Made by a program: the position numbers and the translations under genes. This document shows, one piece after another, positions 36,440 through 48,152 of a stretch of DNA of 64,000 nucleotides. This DNA comes from Vicugna vicugna. Taxonomy: Eukaryota. The stretch is from NCBI GenBank assembly GCA_013265495.1, contig MU057801.1:620001-684000 (forward strand), given 5' to 3'. The stretch's first letter is position 1. Every line of letters starts with the position of its first letter. The notes beneath the pieces are model-generated. The model did not search any database. It saw nothing but the letters and a program-made list of their open reading frames with translations, and had not been told where the DNA came from.

Positions 36440-38485
36440 TTTTGCTATTTGCAAAAGCTTTAGATGTAATTTACGTGTGACAACACTTGCACTTTACAGT
36501 GGTTTTTAGTATATGCATAGACTTGTGCACCGTCACGACCATCTAATTTGAGAGCCGTCCCCCAGTGAAACCCTCTTCCCATTATCGGTCTGTCTCCAGT
36601 CCCCTTCCACCAGGCAACTGCCGTCTCCCTGCTGTCTCTGTGGAATACACCTACGTGGGATATTTAAGATATGGAGTCATATGATACGTGGTGCTTTTTT
36701 ATCTGGCCTCTTTCACTGGGCACGATTTTAAAGCTCATCCACATGGCAGCTGTAGCAACGCTTCAGTCCTTTTAATGACCAAATAATTTTCCACTGTATG
36801 GACAGATCCCATTTTTTTCACCCTTCCATCATTTGATGGACATTTGGGCTGTTTCCACCTTTTGGTAACTGTGAATAGTGCTACTATGAAAATCTGTGTA
36901 CAAGCTTCCTCTGAACACCTGTTTTTAATTTTGGGGGATACGTACCCAGGAGTGGAATTGCTAGCTCATACGTAGTTCTACGTTTAACTTTGGAGGACCT
37001 GCCAAACTGCTTCCCATCGCAGTTTCACCATTTAATTCTTACCACTAAGGTGTGAGGGGCCCAGTTTCTCCACTTCCTCATCAACATCTGCTACTTTCCA
37101 TGCTCTGTTTTTGAAAAGGATTCCAGCCATCCTGGTGAGTGTGAGGTGCTTACCTCACTGTGGCATTCCCGTTAGTAACCACTGATGTTGAAAATGTGTT
37201 CATGTGCTTATTTGGCAATTATTTTATTTTCTTTGGAGAAGTGTTTAAGTCCTTTACCCATTTTTAAATTGGGCTGTCTTTTGTTGTTGAGTAGTAAGAC
37301 TTCTTTTTATGCATTCTTATCAGATACATGATTTGCAAATAATTTCTACCATTTTGTGGGCTGTCTTTTCACTTGCTTGATAGTATCCTTTGATGCCAAA
37401 AAATTTTAATTTTAATGAAGTATAATTTATCCATCTTTTTTCTTTTGTTACTTGTTCTTCTGGTGTCATGTCTTAGAATCCAATGCTAAGTCCCAGGCCA
37501 CACAAATTCCTCCTATCTTTTTTTTCTAAAAGTTTTACACTTTCAGCTCTTACACTTAGGTCTTTGATCCATTTGAGTTAATGTTTGTGATGTGAGGTAG
37601 GGGTGCGACCTCACTCTTTTGCATGTGGAAATCCGGTTGTCCCAGCACTACTCGTTCAAGGCCTGTTCCTTCCCCTCTGAACTGTCGTGGCACCCTTGTT
37701 GAAAATCAGATGACCACAGACATACAGGTTTATCTCTCAGTTCTAGTCCCTCGATCTATGTCTGACCTTTTACCAGTACCACACTGTTCTGACTACTGCA
37801 GCTTTGCAGGAGGTTTTGAAATAGGGGAGTGAGTCCTCTAACTCTGTTCCTCTTTTTCACGATTGTTTTGGCTATTCAAGGTCTCTTGCAATTGCATGTG
37901 AATTTTAAGATAAGCTTTTCCATTTCTGCAAAAAAGGCCACTGGAATTTTAATAGGAATTGCGTTGAATCTGGAGATCAATTTAGGGAGTACTGTCATCT
38001 TAACAGCATTAAATATTCCAACCCAGAAATACAGGATAACTTCCCATGTGTCGTCTTTAATTTCTTACAGAAATGTTTTGTAGTTTTCAGTGTATACTTC
38101 TCTTGCTTCGTTGGTTATATTTATTCCTAAATATTTTGTTCATCTTGATGCTACTGTAAGTGGAAGTATTTTCCTAATTTCACTTTCGAATCGTCTGTTG
38201 TGGTGTACAGAAATACAGTTGACTTCTGTATATAGATCTTATATTCTGCAACCTTATTGAATTCACTTACTCGTTCCAATAGGGTTTTTTTTTTTTTGGT
38301 GTGTGGATTCCTTAGGGTTTTCTATATACAAGATCATTTTATCTGTGAGTATAAATAGCTTTCCTTTTCTTTCCTTCTACGTCACTCTTTTACCTAATTG
38401 TCTCAGCTCGAGTCTCCAGCACGCTACTCAGTAGAAGCAGTGAGAACAGACATCCCCACGTTTGTTCCTGATCTTAGGGAGAACA
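36440..38485 (-). mobile_element. About 2-kb old L1 (L1MB-like), 3'UTR plus ORF2 3' part
   Basis: Antisense L1 motifs in order: catttgggctgtttccaccttttgg, aggagtggaattgctagctcata, tttggagaagtgt, ccagtaccacactgttctgactactg, atttattcctaaatattt, ttgttcctgatcttagggg. Confidence 0.9.
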
Positions 38486-41400
38486 CGGAACTTTAAAATG
38501 GAAAAGCCTGCTGTTTCTTGGCAGAAAGCAAGCCAGGACCTGTGATGGGGCATCCAAACCCAGAGTGACCTTTTCTCAAAATGTTCTTGGAGATCAGTGA
38601 ATCAGTGTGAGGATGCTCAGGGCCCTGGGAGATTGGGGGCTGAGAAGGGCCTTAGCCTCCGTCCCACGAATGGGTCCTTCCTTCAGCCTCAAGTTGTCAG
38701 CAACGCGAGCAACCTACAAAGCCCCCTTTACTCTGACAAGCACAACTCCCTGCTTGCAGCTCCTGGATCGCAAGGGGCTGTTTCACACGTGTTCCTGTAA
38801 CGGGCCCTTCACAGCTCACTGGGGGACCAACAGGGAGGTGGCAAACCTGTCAGGAAATTCTGGCACATTTATGATCCCACAAGACGCGGGTAGCTGCTGG
38901 AGGGTCACAGAGAGAAGTCCTACCAGCTGCATCCATTCTGCCCTGAGGACGCCTGGGCCTGCCTATGTAATGACTGCGTCGTGACCCTGATACGCCGCAG
39001 ACCCACACCATTACAGTTGGCACAACAGGCCGGCTTAATGAGGCTGAGGCAGGCGCTCCGGAGCAGTGATTAACCGCTCGTGATGAGACTTGAGCAAATG
39101 AGGGCTTTGCGGAGCCACTGCCGGGAAGGGATGGGTGGGAGCATGAGGCTGCATCAGACCCACATGCACAGAAAGTGCTCGCAGATGCCTGGCCGCGGGT
39201 GTCGCCCTCTGAAATAGGACCGCACTTGACGGCCAAGGCCGCCGGCCACGGCTGCGGGGCGAGTCAGCGCATCCCGGGAATTTACGAGGGGCCGGGGCGG
39301 GGGGTGGGTGAGGGGGGTAGAGGATACTAAAATCTGCTCATTCTGAGGCACCCAGCTGCTGTTTCAGAAGAGGCCAACCTGAGCCCAGTCTCTCCTCTCT
39401 CCTTGCCCTGTCCTCTGCAGCTCTTACGGCATTCTGGGGCGGAAGGCGAAGCAAGGCGTCCCGGTCATCAGCGCTGACAGGATGGCTAGACGTGCACTTG
39501 CACAACCAGGCAAGCGCCTAAAGAATCACTAAGGTGGGGTCAGTGAAACACGGGCACGTGTAAGCTGCGTAGGTGCCAAAGGCCGGCAGCCACGCTGCTC
39601 CCAGCTGGGCTCTTCCTCCCGTCTCAGGAATGCATCGGCCACAAATATATTCTCCTTAGGATATTAAAAAGAAATTCCTGGATGAAAGCACAGGCTTGAC
39701 ACACGCAGGCTGCCTAAGGCTGCGCTGGGGGGTGCAGCGAAGGTGAGATCAACTGACGCCGCCACGCAGGACCGTCAGCTCACCCACTCGACCTCACTTG
39801 AGGTCAGTCAAGGCCAGAAAGTGGCCAAGGTTTGGACACAAACCTGAGCGTGTTCCTCTTCTTTATAAAAAGAGAAAACGTGAACTCGGGGTCAGAGAAG
39901 CAGCACTGGACACGCGCTGCGTGCAGCACAGCGCCGTTCTGACGTCACTCAGCTCTCGAGCACAAGTTTTCCTTTCGCCTCATTCATTTTGCCTGATAAT
40001 CATTAGAAACTGCAAATATACTTTTCAAAGCTCCCCTTCCTAGTGAAGTCAATAAATGACTGCTGTGGCTGATCAATGTGCTTCCAAAAATGCAGACACA
40101 GCCTGCCTCGCACGAGGGACCCGGGGATGCTGCCTTCAAAGTAAGAAGGCGCTTCCACCAAAGACTCTCCTTAGGAGGCTGCTAGAAACAAACTGAAGTG
40201 CACGTGTGCACCCGCATGCGTGCGTGTGTGTGTGTGTGTGTACACAGGCACCAGTGCGGGGTGGGGGCTGTTGGAAATATTCAATGGGAAGACACCAAGA
40301 AATTCCCCAGGACTGCAACAAGAAATCCAGATTCCTGTTTTCCCCTCAAAATGAGCACTAGAAAACCCACACCAGCTGGGGCTTCAGCTCCACTTACGAG
40401 ACCCGGGCTGTCAGACCCTGGCGTCTGGTGCCTTTAACCCCACCTCCTTCTCACTGGCTGGAATCGGGACGCCGGGTTCTCAGGCCCGCTTGGTGGTGCC
40501 GGGTTTTCTGCTGGCTGCTTCCCAGTCTGCGACCAGGAACAGCTTAAAGAGGGAAAACGACTTCTGTGGGAGCGTCCCCGTCTTCTGGCGTCTGTGCTTC
40601 AGAAAACAAATCAACTCTGGGGTATGATTACTATTCATTCTGTTCATTCTAGGATAACACAAAACGCATGTTTTCTAGCTTCCTAAAGAGTAAAATTATT
40701 CCACCTGCACATAGGAGCGAAGTTGAAGCTTTCAACATTTTTGTGTTCTCTAAAAAACCAAAAAAGAAAAAGAAAAAGGCAACCTGGTGGTCCTTCGAGT
40801 CCAGGAGGCTACAGTGCATCCTGCCCACAAGGGATGGAGGATGAGGAGAGGTCCAAGCTGGCATCAGTTTTAGTTTCTGTTCTGGCCACAGAATCACACC
40901 TACTGCTGCTACTTTTTTCGTAATTTAATTTGTGTTTGGACAAAGAGCTCCCAAGAATAACTGAAATTTGAGAGAAAAATCCCAAAGGAAGCCAGCTCTG
41001 TCCGCTTGATTCTGAAGACGCCTCAGGCCAGAACTACTAACGAAGCAGCAGTGCTGGCCACGTTGAGACGCCGCTGGCCGCCCGGCCCACAGTGAAGACC
41101 CCGCCCCACGGGGGGAAGGAGTCAGACCCCCCAGAATGACTGATGCAGTCGACACACAGCTCATCACTTCAAATTCGAGTAATATCTGATTAACAGCTTG
41201 GTTTTTAATTTACACATGATGAGATTCATTTGGGAGGCTTAAAACATACTTTCTTTTTTCCCTTAAACAAAGTTGCTTCCAGGCAGATACCGGAGGGAAG
41301 GAGGAAGTAGGAAGAGGAAGGATCTGGAGATAAGACTCTTAAGGGACACCACTGACTACCCTCTGACCTTGGGCAGGTACTTTACTCTTGAGCAAGCACT

Positions 41401-41662
41401 TGTGCAAGGAGAATGGAAATGCAGCCCGCCCCATGGGGTCCGGACACGGGGCAAAGGACCCCGCCCCACGGGGCTCTGACACGGGGCAAAGGAGACTGAC
41501 AGGGAAGTATTTTGTAAATTTTAAAGCTTCATGTATCATTGTTACTATTAAATTACAACAGCATTTCAAATCATAATCTTATTAAAATATTAATTTTGAA
41601 GGATCAATTGAAAATTGAGACTTCAAATCAACTTGATCTAAAATCTATTCATTAAAAAAGAG

Positions 41663-41930
41663 TCTGACATAGAAAACAAACTTACAGTTACCAAAGGGGA
41701 AAGGAGGTAGAATAAATTAGGAGTTTGGGATTAGCACACACACACTATTACATACAAAACAGATAAGCAACAAGGACCTACTGTACAGCACAGGGAACTA
41801 TATTCAATACCTTGTAATAGCCTATAATGAAAAAGAATATGAAAAGGAATATACATGCATGTATAACTGAATCACTGTGCTGTGCACCAGAAACTAACTC
41901 AACATTGTTAATCGACTATACTTCAATTCT
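41663..41930 (+). mobile_element. L1 3'-end fragment (cetartiodactyl type)
   Basis: ataaattaggagtttgggatta…caaggacctactgtacagcacagggaactatattcaata…gactatacttcaatt; nearly collinear with 11100-11360. Confidence 0.9.
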
Positions 41931-43712
41931 GAAAGTCTGAAACGAAAAACAAGTCATTCTGGTAATTCCATATAAAAATACCTAACAGTTTCTGAAGGCA
42001 CCACGTCAGCCGCTGTGAGGGGAGGGAACAGATGCCCCGACTCCCAGCCATGACCTCTTAGGGGCAGGGGACGCTCTGCACAGTTGAGAGTGAGGCCAGG
42101 CCAAGAGTATGGGGACCCTGGAGGGGGAGGCAGCCAGCGCTCCAGGGGGACCCAGGGAGGGGAAGCGGATGGGTGACACAAAGGCACAGGGTGGTCCTGA
42201 CAAAAGCGTCACACGCACGTGTTCAAAGCAAGACTCAAGCAAAAAAAAAAAAAAAAAAGGTGGGTATTTTACTTCAATGTCTTATTACCAGAAGGGTCTC
42301 TTTTGCCAACGTTTCTCCAGCCCACAAATACCTACCGAGGAGTATTTTTCCACGGAAGAACAAGAGAAACCTGTGGTTTATTATTCCGCTAGAAAACCAT
42401 GTTTTCTCTAAGATGTGCGCTAGTAAACAACATTAATTGCCGAATAACCTGCAGGTACCACACCACGACCTACTGTCGTGTGCTAAAGAGAAGCCAGCAG
42501 AAGAAAAGAGATTATTCCCCACAGGAGCGCACTTCCTCCCAGAAACACAACCTGCAATTTAAAGTGCTGTCTTAACGCGCTTTCCCTGTACCCAAAACCT
42601 AACCTTTATGGGCCATGAATCACAGTCATGATTTAAAATCTCATACATTCAAAAATCGCTCCTTTCCAAGTGGGGGTCAAAGCACCTCCCTCCCCAAGTC
42701 ACAAGCAGCGTTCGGGGTGTCAGAAGCTGTCTCTGTCTCTCGTTTCTTCTCTGCCTAAAGAAAAACGTGAATTTTCTTAAAATCTTCATCAAGTTCTAAA
42801 TGGGAAAAGATGATCTTGCAGGTCAACAAGCAAAATTCCAACAGGGGACCCCTCTGCCATCACGGTACTGGGGCCACTGAAGGCCGAGCTGTGCTCACCT
42901 CTCTAAGGCCACGCAGGGAGCCGTCAGGTCCCCACATCACAGGACGAGAACCTCAAGCCAGAAAAGCCCGTGAGGTCACGCACTCAAGGAAGCAGTGACT
43001 TAGCCAGGCCAGGGCTCAAACCTGACAGAGGGTGTCCCACAGGGCGGCCAGGCCAGGTGGCCTCGGACAGACACTACAGAGCACGAGAGCCTTGCAAACC
43101 CCAAATCAGTCACCTGCCCTGTTTGGCCTGGATGCTGGGCTCGAAAGTTCTGTGGGGAGTGCTGCTGAGCACCGCCTGCCCACCCCACAGGTGGGACGGC
43201 CTGATCTCTCCCCAAGACGTGGCTCCAGACACTGGAAGAAGGCAGTGACCTTAGCCCATGGGCCATCCCTTCTCCACGCAGGCCGTGCTCTGGTCCACCC
43301 TCCTCCCGGCCAGCTCCTCAGGCCCCACAGCCCTGCCCCTCCATCCACGCACTGGGACTGGGCTCCAGACATAACACACCTCAGCTGTTTCTCGTGTCAT
43401 CTCTGAATGAATCAGCTCACTCCATGTTTTACTTCTGATGTTGATTTTTTAAAAACAAACTCAGAATTTTACAAGTTGAACCATGTGAAATTACACCCCC
43501 TCTTTCTTTTGAGAAACAGCCCAATTGTGGCAATTTCCATACAGGTCAACATGAAACATTCGCCTCTCCTGCTAAATTTGTCTAGGCATCCGTGTCCCTG
43601 GTTACACGGAGGGAGCTGGCTTTCAGGTGGCCGCCCGGCGCGCGGTCAGTTAGGTGTCAGTGCCTGGCTCTCCCCCTGCTCCGCGGTCACCTGTCCAGCT
43701 CCTCTGCCAGGA

Positions 43713-43918
43713 CAGCGGTTCCCAAGCTCAGCGCTGCTGCCGCTGCAGGTCGTAAGGTCTCGGCTGTGGTCCTGGCACTGCAGGGCGTGCGACACCCCTG
43801 ACCTCCACCCGCTGGGTGCCAGTGCTCCCCCCTCCCCGCTGTGACAACCAGATGTCTCCAGACCCCGCCTGATGTCCCTGGAGCACCCCCCCCCACCCCC
43901 GCATCTCAGGAATCACTG
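43713..43918. mobile_element. MER20-like hAT-Charlie MITE
   Basis: Termini cagcggttcccaagc … aggaatcactg and internal gtgacaaccagatgtctccagac match the recalled MER20 consensus. Confidence 0.7.
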
Positions 43919-45099
43919 AGCTCCAGCAGACATGGGCGAGCTCACCCCTGAGGAAGATTAATGCCTGATCTGCAACTGACGAGGCCAAAAGCTCATCCGG
44001 GAGGTCCAGCTCAGCCACCACGGTCACCCGTTTCCCCCTCAAATGCATGTGGTTTTAAGGAGCTCTTCTCTTATTCCTTCAGCTTCCCACCAATCAGCCC
44101 AGTGACGGAGGGCCTGCTCTCTCTGGGAGAAGACCAGTGCCCTCCAGGGAGCCTCCTAAGGAAGATTCTGGTGGCTTGAGCTACGGGAGTCCACAGGAGA
44201 GTCCCCTTCCAGAGAGAGGCCTCGAGGCAGAAGAACATCTCTACTGAAAAATGCAGGTCGGCTTACACACCACATGGTACCCGCCGACTAGGGACAGAAC
44301 CTTTCACTTGTCCACACGCACTGAGCTGCTATCATGCTGCATTTTTATTTCAGGAATTTCACGTGGTGGGCGCTCATGAGACGCTGACAGCTGAACATAA
44401 TTCGTATCGCTGATAGCATTTACTTGAAAGTCTTGACGTCTTTAACTCCAAAAAGGGAAATCTCACAAAACTCTAGTTTCAGCCTCCCAGGCGGGCTCTC
44501 TGCTCTCTGGACCACCCCCGCCCCCTGCTATCACCTTACCCTTTCAAAGCCGAGGCACAAGCCCGCTGCACATGTGATCCCCACATAGCCGAACCGCAGC
44601 CATCTGCTCCCTCCGCAAAGTCCCACTTTCCTCATCTAGGTGGCAGTGGGCTCGGTCTGCAGCTTCGTGAAAATGATGATCGGTTTTACAGTTGGAAAGA
44701 AAGGGAAACGCCCTGCTGTCTGTAACTCTGGTGCAGGCATCCACCTGAAGTCTCTACGGCCACTGAGAGCCGGGCAAAGTTGTGAGCAGAATTGTGATAA
44801 AATTTCCCCCCATACAACGTGCCTAGTCAACGGCTTGTACATTCCTGTGCAGTGTGAGAAACCCGGGACGTGACCTGACGCACTTGGTGACACGTGCCAC
44901 ATTGCATCATCCGACTGCGGGACAAGCACATGACAGGAATTCGTATCAACTCAATGATCGACGTCAGGGGAGGACTGACATATTCCACCTGTCTTTGCAG
45001 ACAGAACCTCAGTAAAGCCCGAGAGCTTTGTTTATTGCTGCAGTTAACCCTCATGCCAATGACATACCATTTACTTTGACTACAATAAACTCAAACTCA

Positions 45100-45450
45100 C
45101 AATCCTTGTGAAATTTGTTGCTGGTGTGCAAGGCTTGTTCTCTTCATACATTCTTGGGTTCAGTTTGCTCATATTTAGTTGAGAAATTTTGAGTCTAAAT
45201 TTAAGAGAGATACTTTCCTTATGTAGTCTTTATTTGCATTATTACCTTTTTCTGGCTTTGGCATCAGGATGATACTGGATTCCTAAAGTAAGTTGGGAAG
45301 TGCTCCTACCTCATTTGTTTTCTGAAAGAGACCAGGCAAACTTAATGTTATTTCTTTTTAAAGTGCTTATTAGAATTCTCTAGTGAAATTGTCTAGATCT
45401 GGAGATTTATTCTCCAACAGCTTTTAAATTATGAATTAATTTTTTAATTA
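45100..45450 (-). mobile_element. Old L1 ORF2 relic
   Basis: tctggctttggcatcaggatgatactggattcctaaagtaagttgggaagtg is characteristic antisense L1. Confidence 0.65.
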
Positions 45451-45654
45451 CTTTGTTTTACATCTGAGTTAGAACAGGCAGTGTGCAAACTACAGCTTTA
45501 CCTACAGGTACTAAACTAGGACTTCTAAGAATCGCAGAAATAGGGGATATTATGACATTTAACAAAGTTAAGCAACCAGACACCAACACCTTTCTCAGTA
45601 TAATCTAAACACAGGGTTTTTTAATTTTGCTTTTTCCTAGGGTGCAGTAGATCA

Positions 45655-45800
45655 TAACAATAAAGTGGGAGGAATCACCCCACCTGATTAAGGTTTACCG
45701 TGTAGACAGAGTCATAGGACAGTGCAGTATTGGTAGAGGGGCACAATGATCAGAATAGAGAACCCAGAAAAAGGGGCACACAAGTGCGCTCAACTCCCCT
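45655..45800 (+). mobile_element. Old L1 ORF2 relic (sense)
   Basis: aataaagtgggaggaatcaccccacctgat…cagaatagagaacccagaaa. Confidence 0.6.
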
Positions 45801-48018
45801 CCTGGGCCTGCTGTCACCACTGTCTCCTGATTACAGCCCACCCCGCATAACCACCGTGGCTTAAGCCTCTTGAAACGCTTTTCTGGCCACGCTGAGTTCT
45901 GTGCTCAAAGCCTCCAACAGCGCCCCGAGACCTGTGGGGTGGGCACGGCCCGGCATCCAGGCTCTCCACAGCGCCGCCGACCAGTGTCCACACGTTATTT
46001 CCACGCAGGAAATCAATCAGTCTGGTCACCGTTCCCTGAACGTGGCCTGAGAAGGTCTGTATCTCTGACCTTTGCCCTGTGGAATCCTCTCCTGCTTCCC
46101 GTCCTCCCGTCTAAGTCCTACCCACCCTCCAAAGCCCCACCGAAACCCCATCAGCCCGCGGACTGCTTTCAAACCAGCTGAGCCAGAAGCATATTCAGCA
46201 CCGTTCCACGTGTGCCTCGCGTGGCCCTGTCCCAGCTGAAGGACTCAACGGGTGCTTCCTATCCACGTGTGTCACACGCGGGGCATGCGTTCAGAGCCTG
46301 GCGAGGTCTTTACTGAGATGTGGGAAAATCATCACCCTGAAAAGAGTACTGGACCCCTGCCTCTATTTAGGAAAGGACACCGTGACACGCGTGATAAAAC
46401 GCCTGGAAGTAGATCGGAGGGCCCAGTCGTGCTCCAGACGGTGGGCCTAGAGGCCCTCCAGCCCAGCTCGCTCACTGGACCATCCGGGGTCAGGCAGGTC
46501 CCCGTGGCCAGTGGGTGACGTGGCTGAATCGCGCTCCCAGCGTGAGACCTGTTGTCCACCAAAGCCCGGTGCTGAATACATGGTGACGCTGTCATGTACC
46601 CCGAAGTCTTGGAATATGCATTTCCCCATCCTGAAAAACCTTAGGAAGAAGGCCCAGGATTAATCTTACTTTTACTCACTGTACAACTCTACAGTCTTTT
46701 AAATGAAGCCTGTAAGTTAGCCTTCTCAAGTTCCTCTGATACACGTCAAGGTGATTATTTAATCCTGTGAACATCAGTTAGGCCTTTAAATTTATAAACA
46801 TGCACTTTATCCTACTAGCCGTGAATTAGAAGCCCACGAATCCAAACCTTGCTGTAGAGAATAAATCCTTTGGAGAGATGTTAAAATTATTTCCTTAGAC
46901 CGGAGATAAACAAGGTCTTTAATTTGCCACCGTAATTCTTTACTTACTCTGAAAGCTCATTTAGGTCTAGCCTTGAATCTTTTAGTAAATTTATGTATAT
47001 CTAACATACTCGGTTTAGTTAGGTCTAAATTTTCAGCAAAGAACAATTCTTTGTCTGGGAAAAGATGATGCAATGATTACATATCACTGCATGATACAGG
47101 CTGTCTGGGGCTATTAAAAGAGTCGGGTATGGCCAGTTCACGAGCATCGCCCTGCACCTTGCCTTCGTGGCTCCCAGCTGTGCCTCATGCTCCCTGAGGG
47201 GCCCCGTGGGATCCTTTCACAAACGACTGTTATTATTATGCTCTTCCATCATATCCTCCTGGGAGGGGCTGTAACATCCGTTAAGAAAGTTATGACTATT
47301 CTGACTTTTAGGATCGAATATGACTCTATATATGATGTTTAAAATTATGTTTCCTTTAAAATTGGTGGGGGAAAAGGTTCAATAAAAGACCAAGTTAAAT
47401 GAAAGGAAGATGTTCCTGAAATAAGTTGAATACTTTTGGCCACAAAACAGGCAGCTAAAATTAAAGAGGAAAAGAAAAGATGCTGCAAGCGCCTTCAGCG
47501 ACTGAGATGTCAGTGTTGTCCTGCAACACCAGCGCCTCGCACGGCCCGGACTCTCACCCGCAGACAACAGGCTCCGCTCTGCTGAGACGCAGAGGAGAGG
47601 GTCTCTGTAGGGCACCGGACAGCTTGCAGGATTTCTTGGGGACCACGCGGGACCCTGCACAGCCAGGAACCCAGTGCAGCACCAGGCGGTCCTGCGAGCC
47701 TCGTCCCAGCAATGCAGCTGCCTGAGCAGCTCCAGGACGCCCACCCTCCAGAGCCACGCGGGCCTCTGCGGGCCGGAACCCCCGGGGGGCTCAGCTGCGA
47801 GGCCCCACACAGAAGGCACGCGGCCGGGGCGAGGAGCGGGTGGAAAGGGAGCCACAGCCAGGGACATGCAAGGAACGACCCACAAGGCCAAGTGAGCACG
47901 CCCTGCCCTGTCTGACCCCCAGCACGGGGGGTGGTCATTCCTCCACCTGTTCTGAAATTCCACAAGGCCTAGTACGTCGTCTAGTCAAATTATCATGTTC
48001 AAAAGTAAGAAAACAGAA

Positions 48019-48152
48019 GGGGAGGGTACAGCTCAGTGGTAGAGTGCATGCTTAGCACGCACAAGGTCCTGGGTTCAATTCCCAGTATCCGTTATAAAAA
48101 AACAAAAAACCTAATTACCTCCCTACCTCAAATAAAAAATAAAGTTAAAAAA
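48019..48152 (+). mobile_element. Full-length vic-1-like SINE with 17-bp TSD
   Basis: GGGGAGGGTACAGCTCAGTGGTAGAGTGCATGCTTAGCACGCACAAGGTCCTGGGTTCAATTCCCAGTA…; exact TSD aaaagtaagaaaacaga at 48001-48017 and 48161-48177. Confidence 0.92.

Noticed and set aside
37623..38083. ORFs of 69 and 84 aa
   Set aside because: Antisense reading of a decayed L1 ORF2.
47379..47965. Overlapping 194-aa and 151-aa ORFs
   Set aside because: GC-rich, stop-poor intron with Pro/Arg/Gly/Trp-biased translations and no homology I recognise. The flanking RALGAPA2 exons already join contiguously (…SDDQ|DVLNT…).
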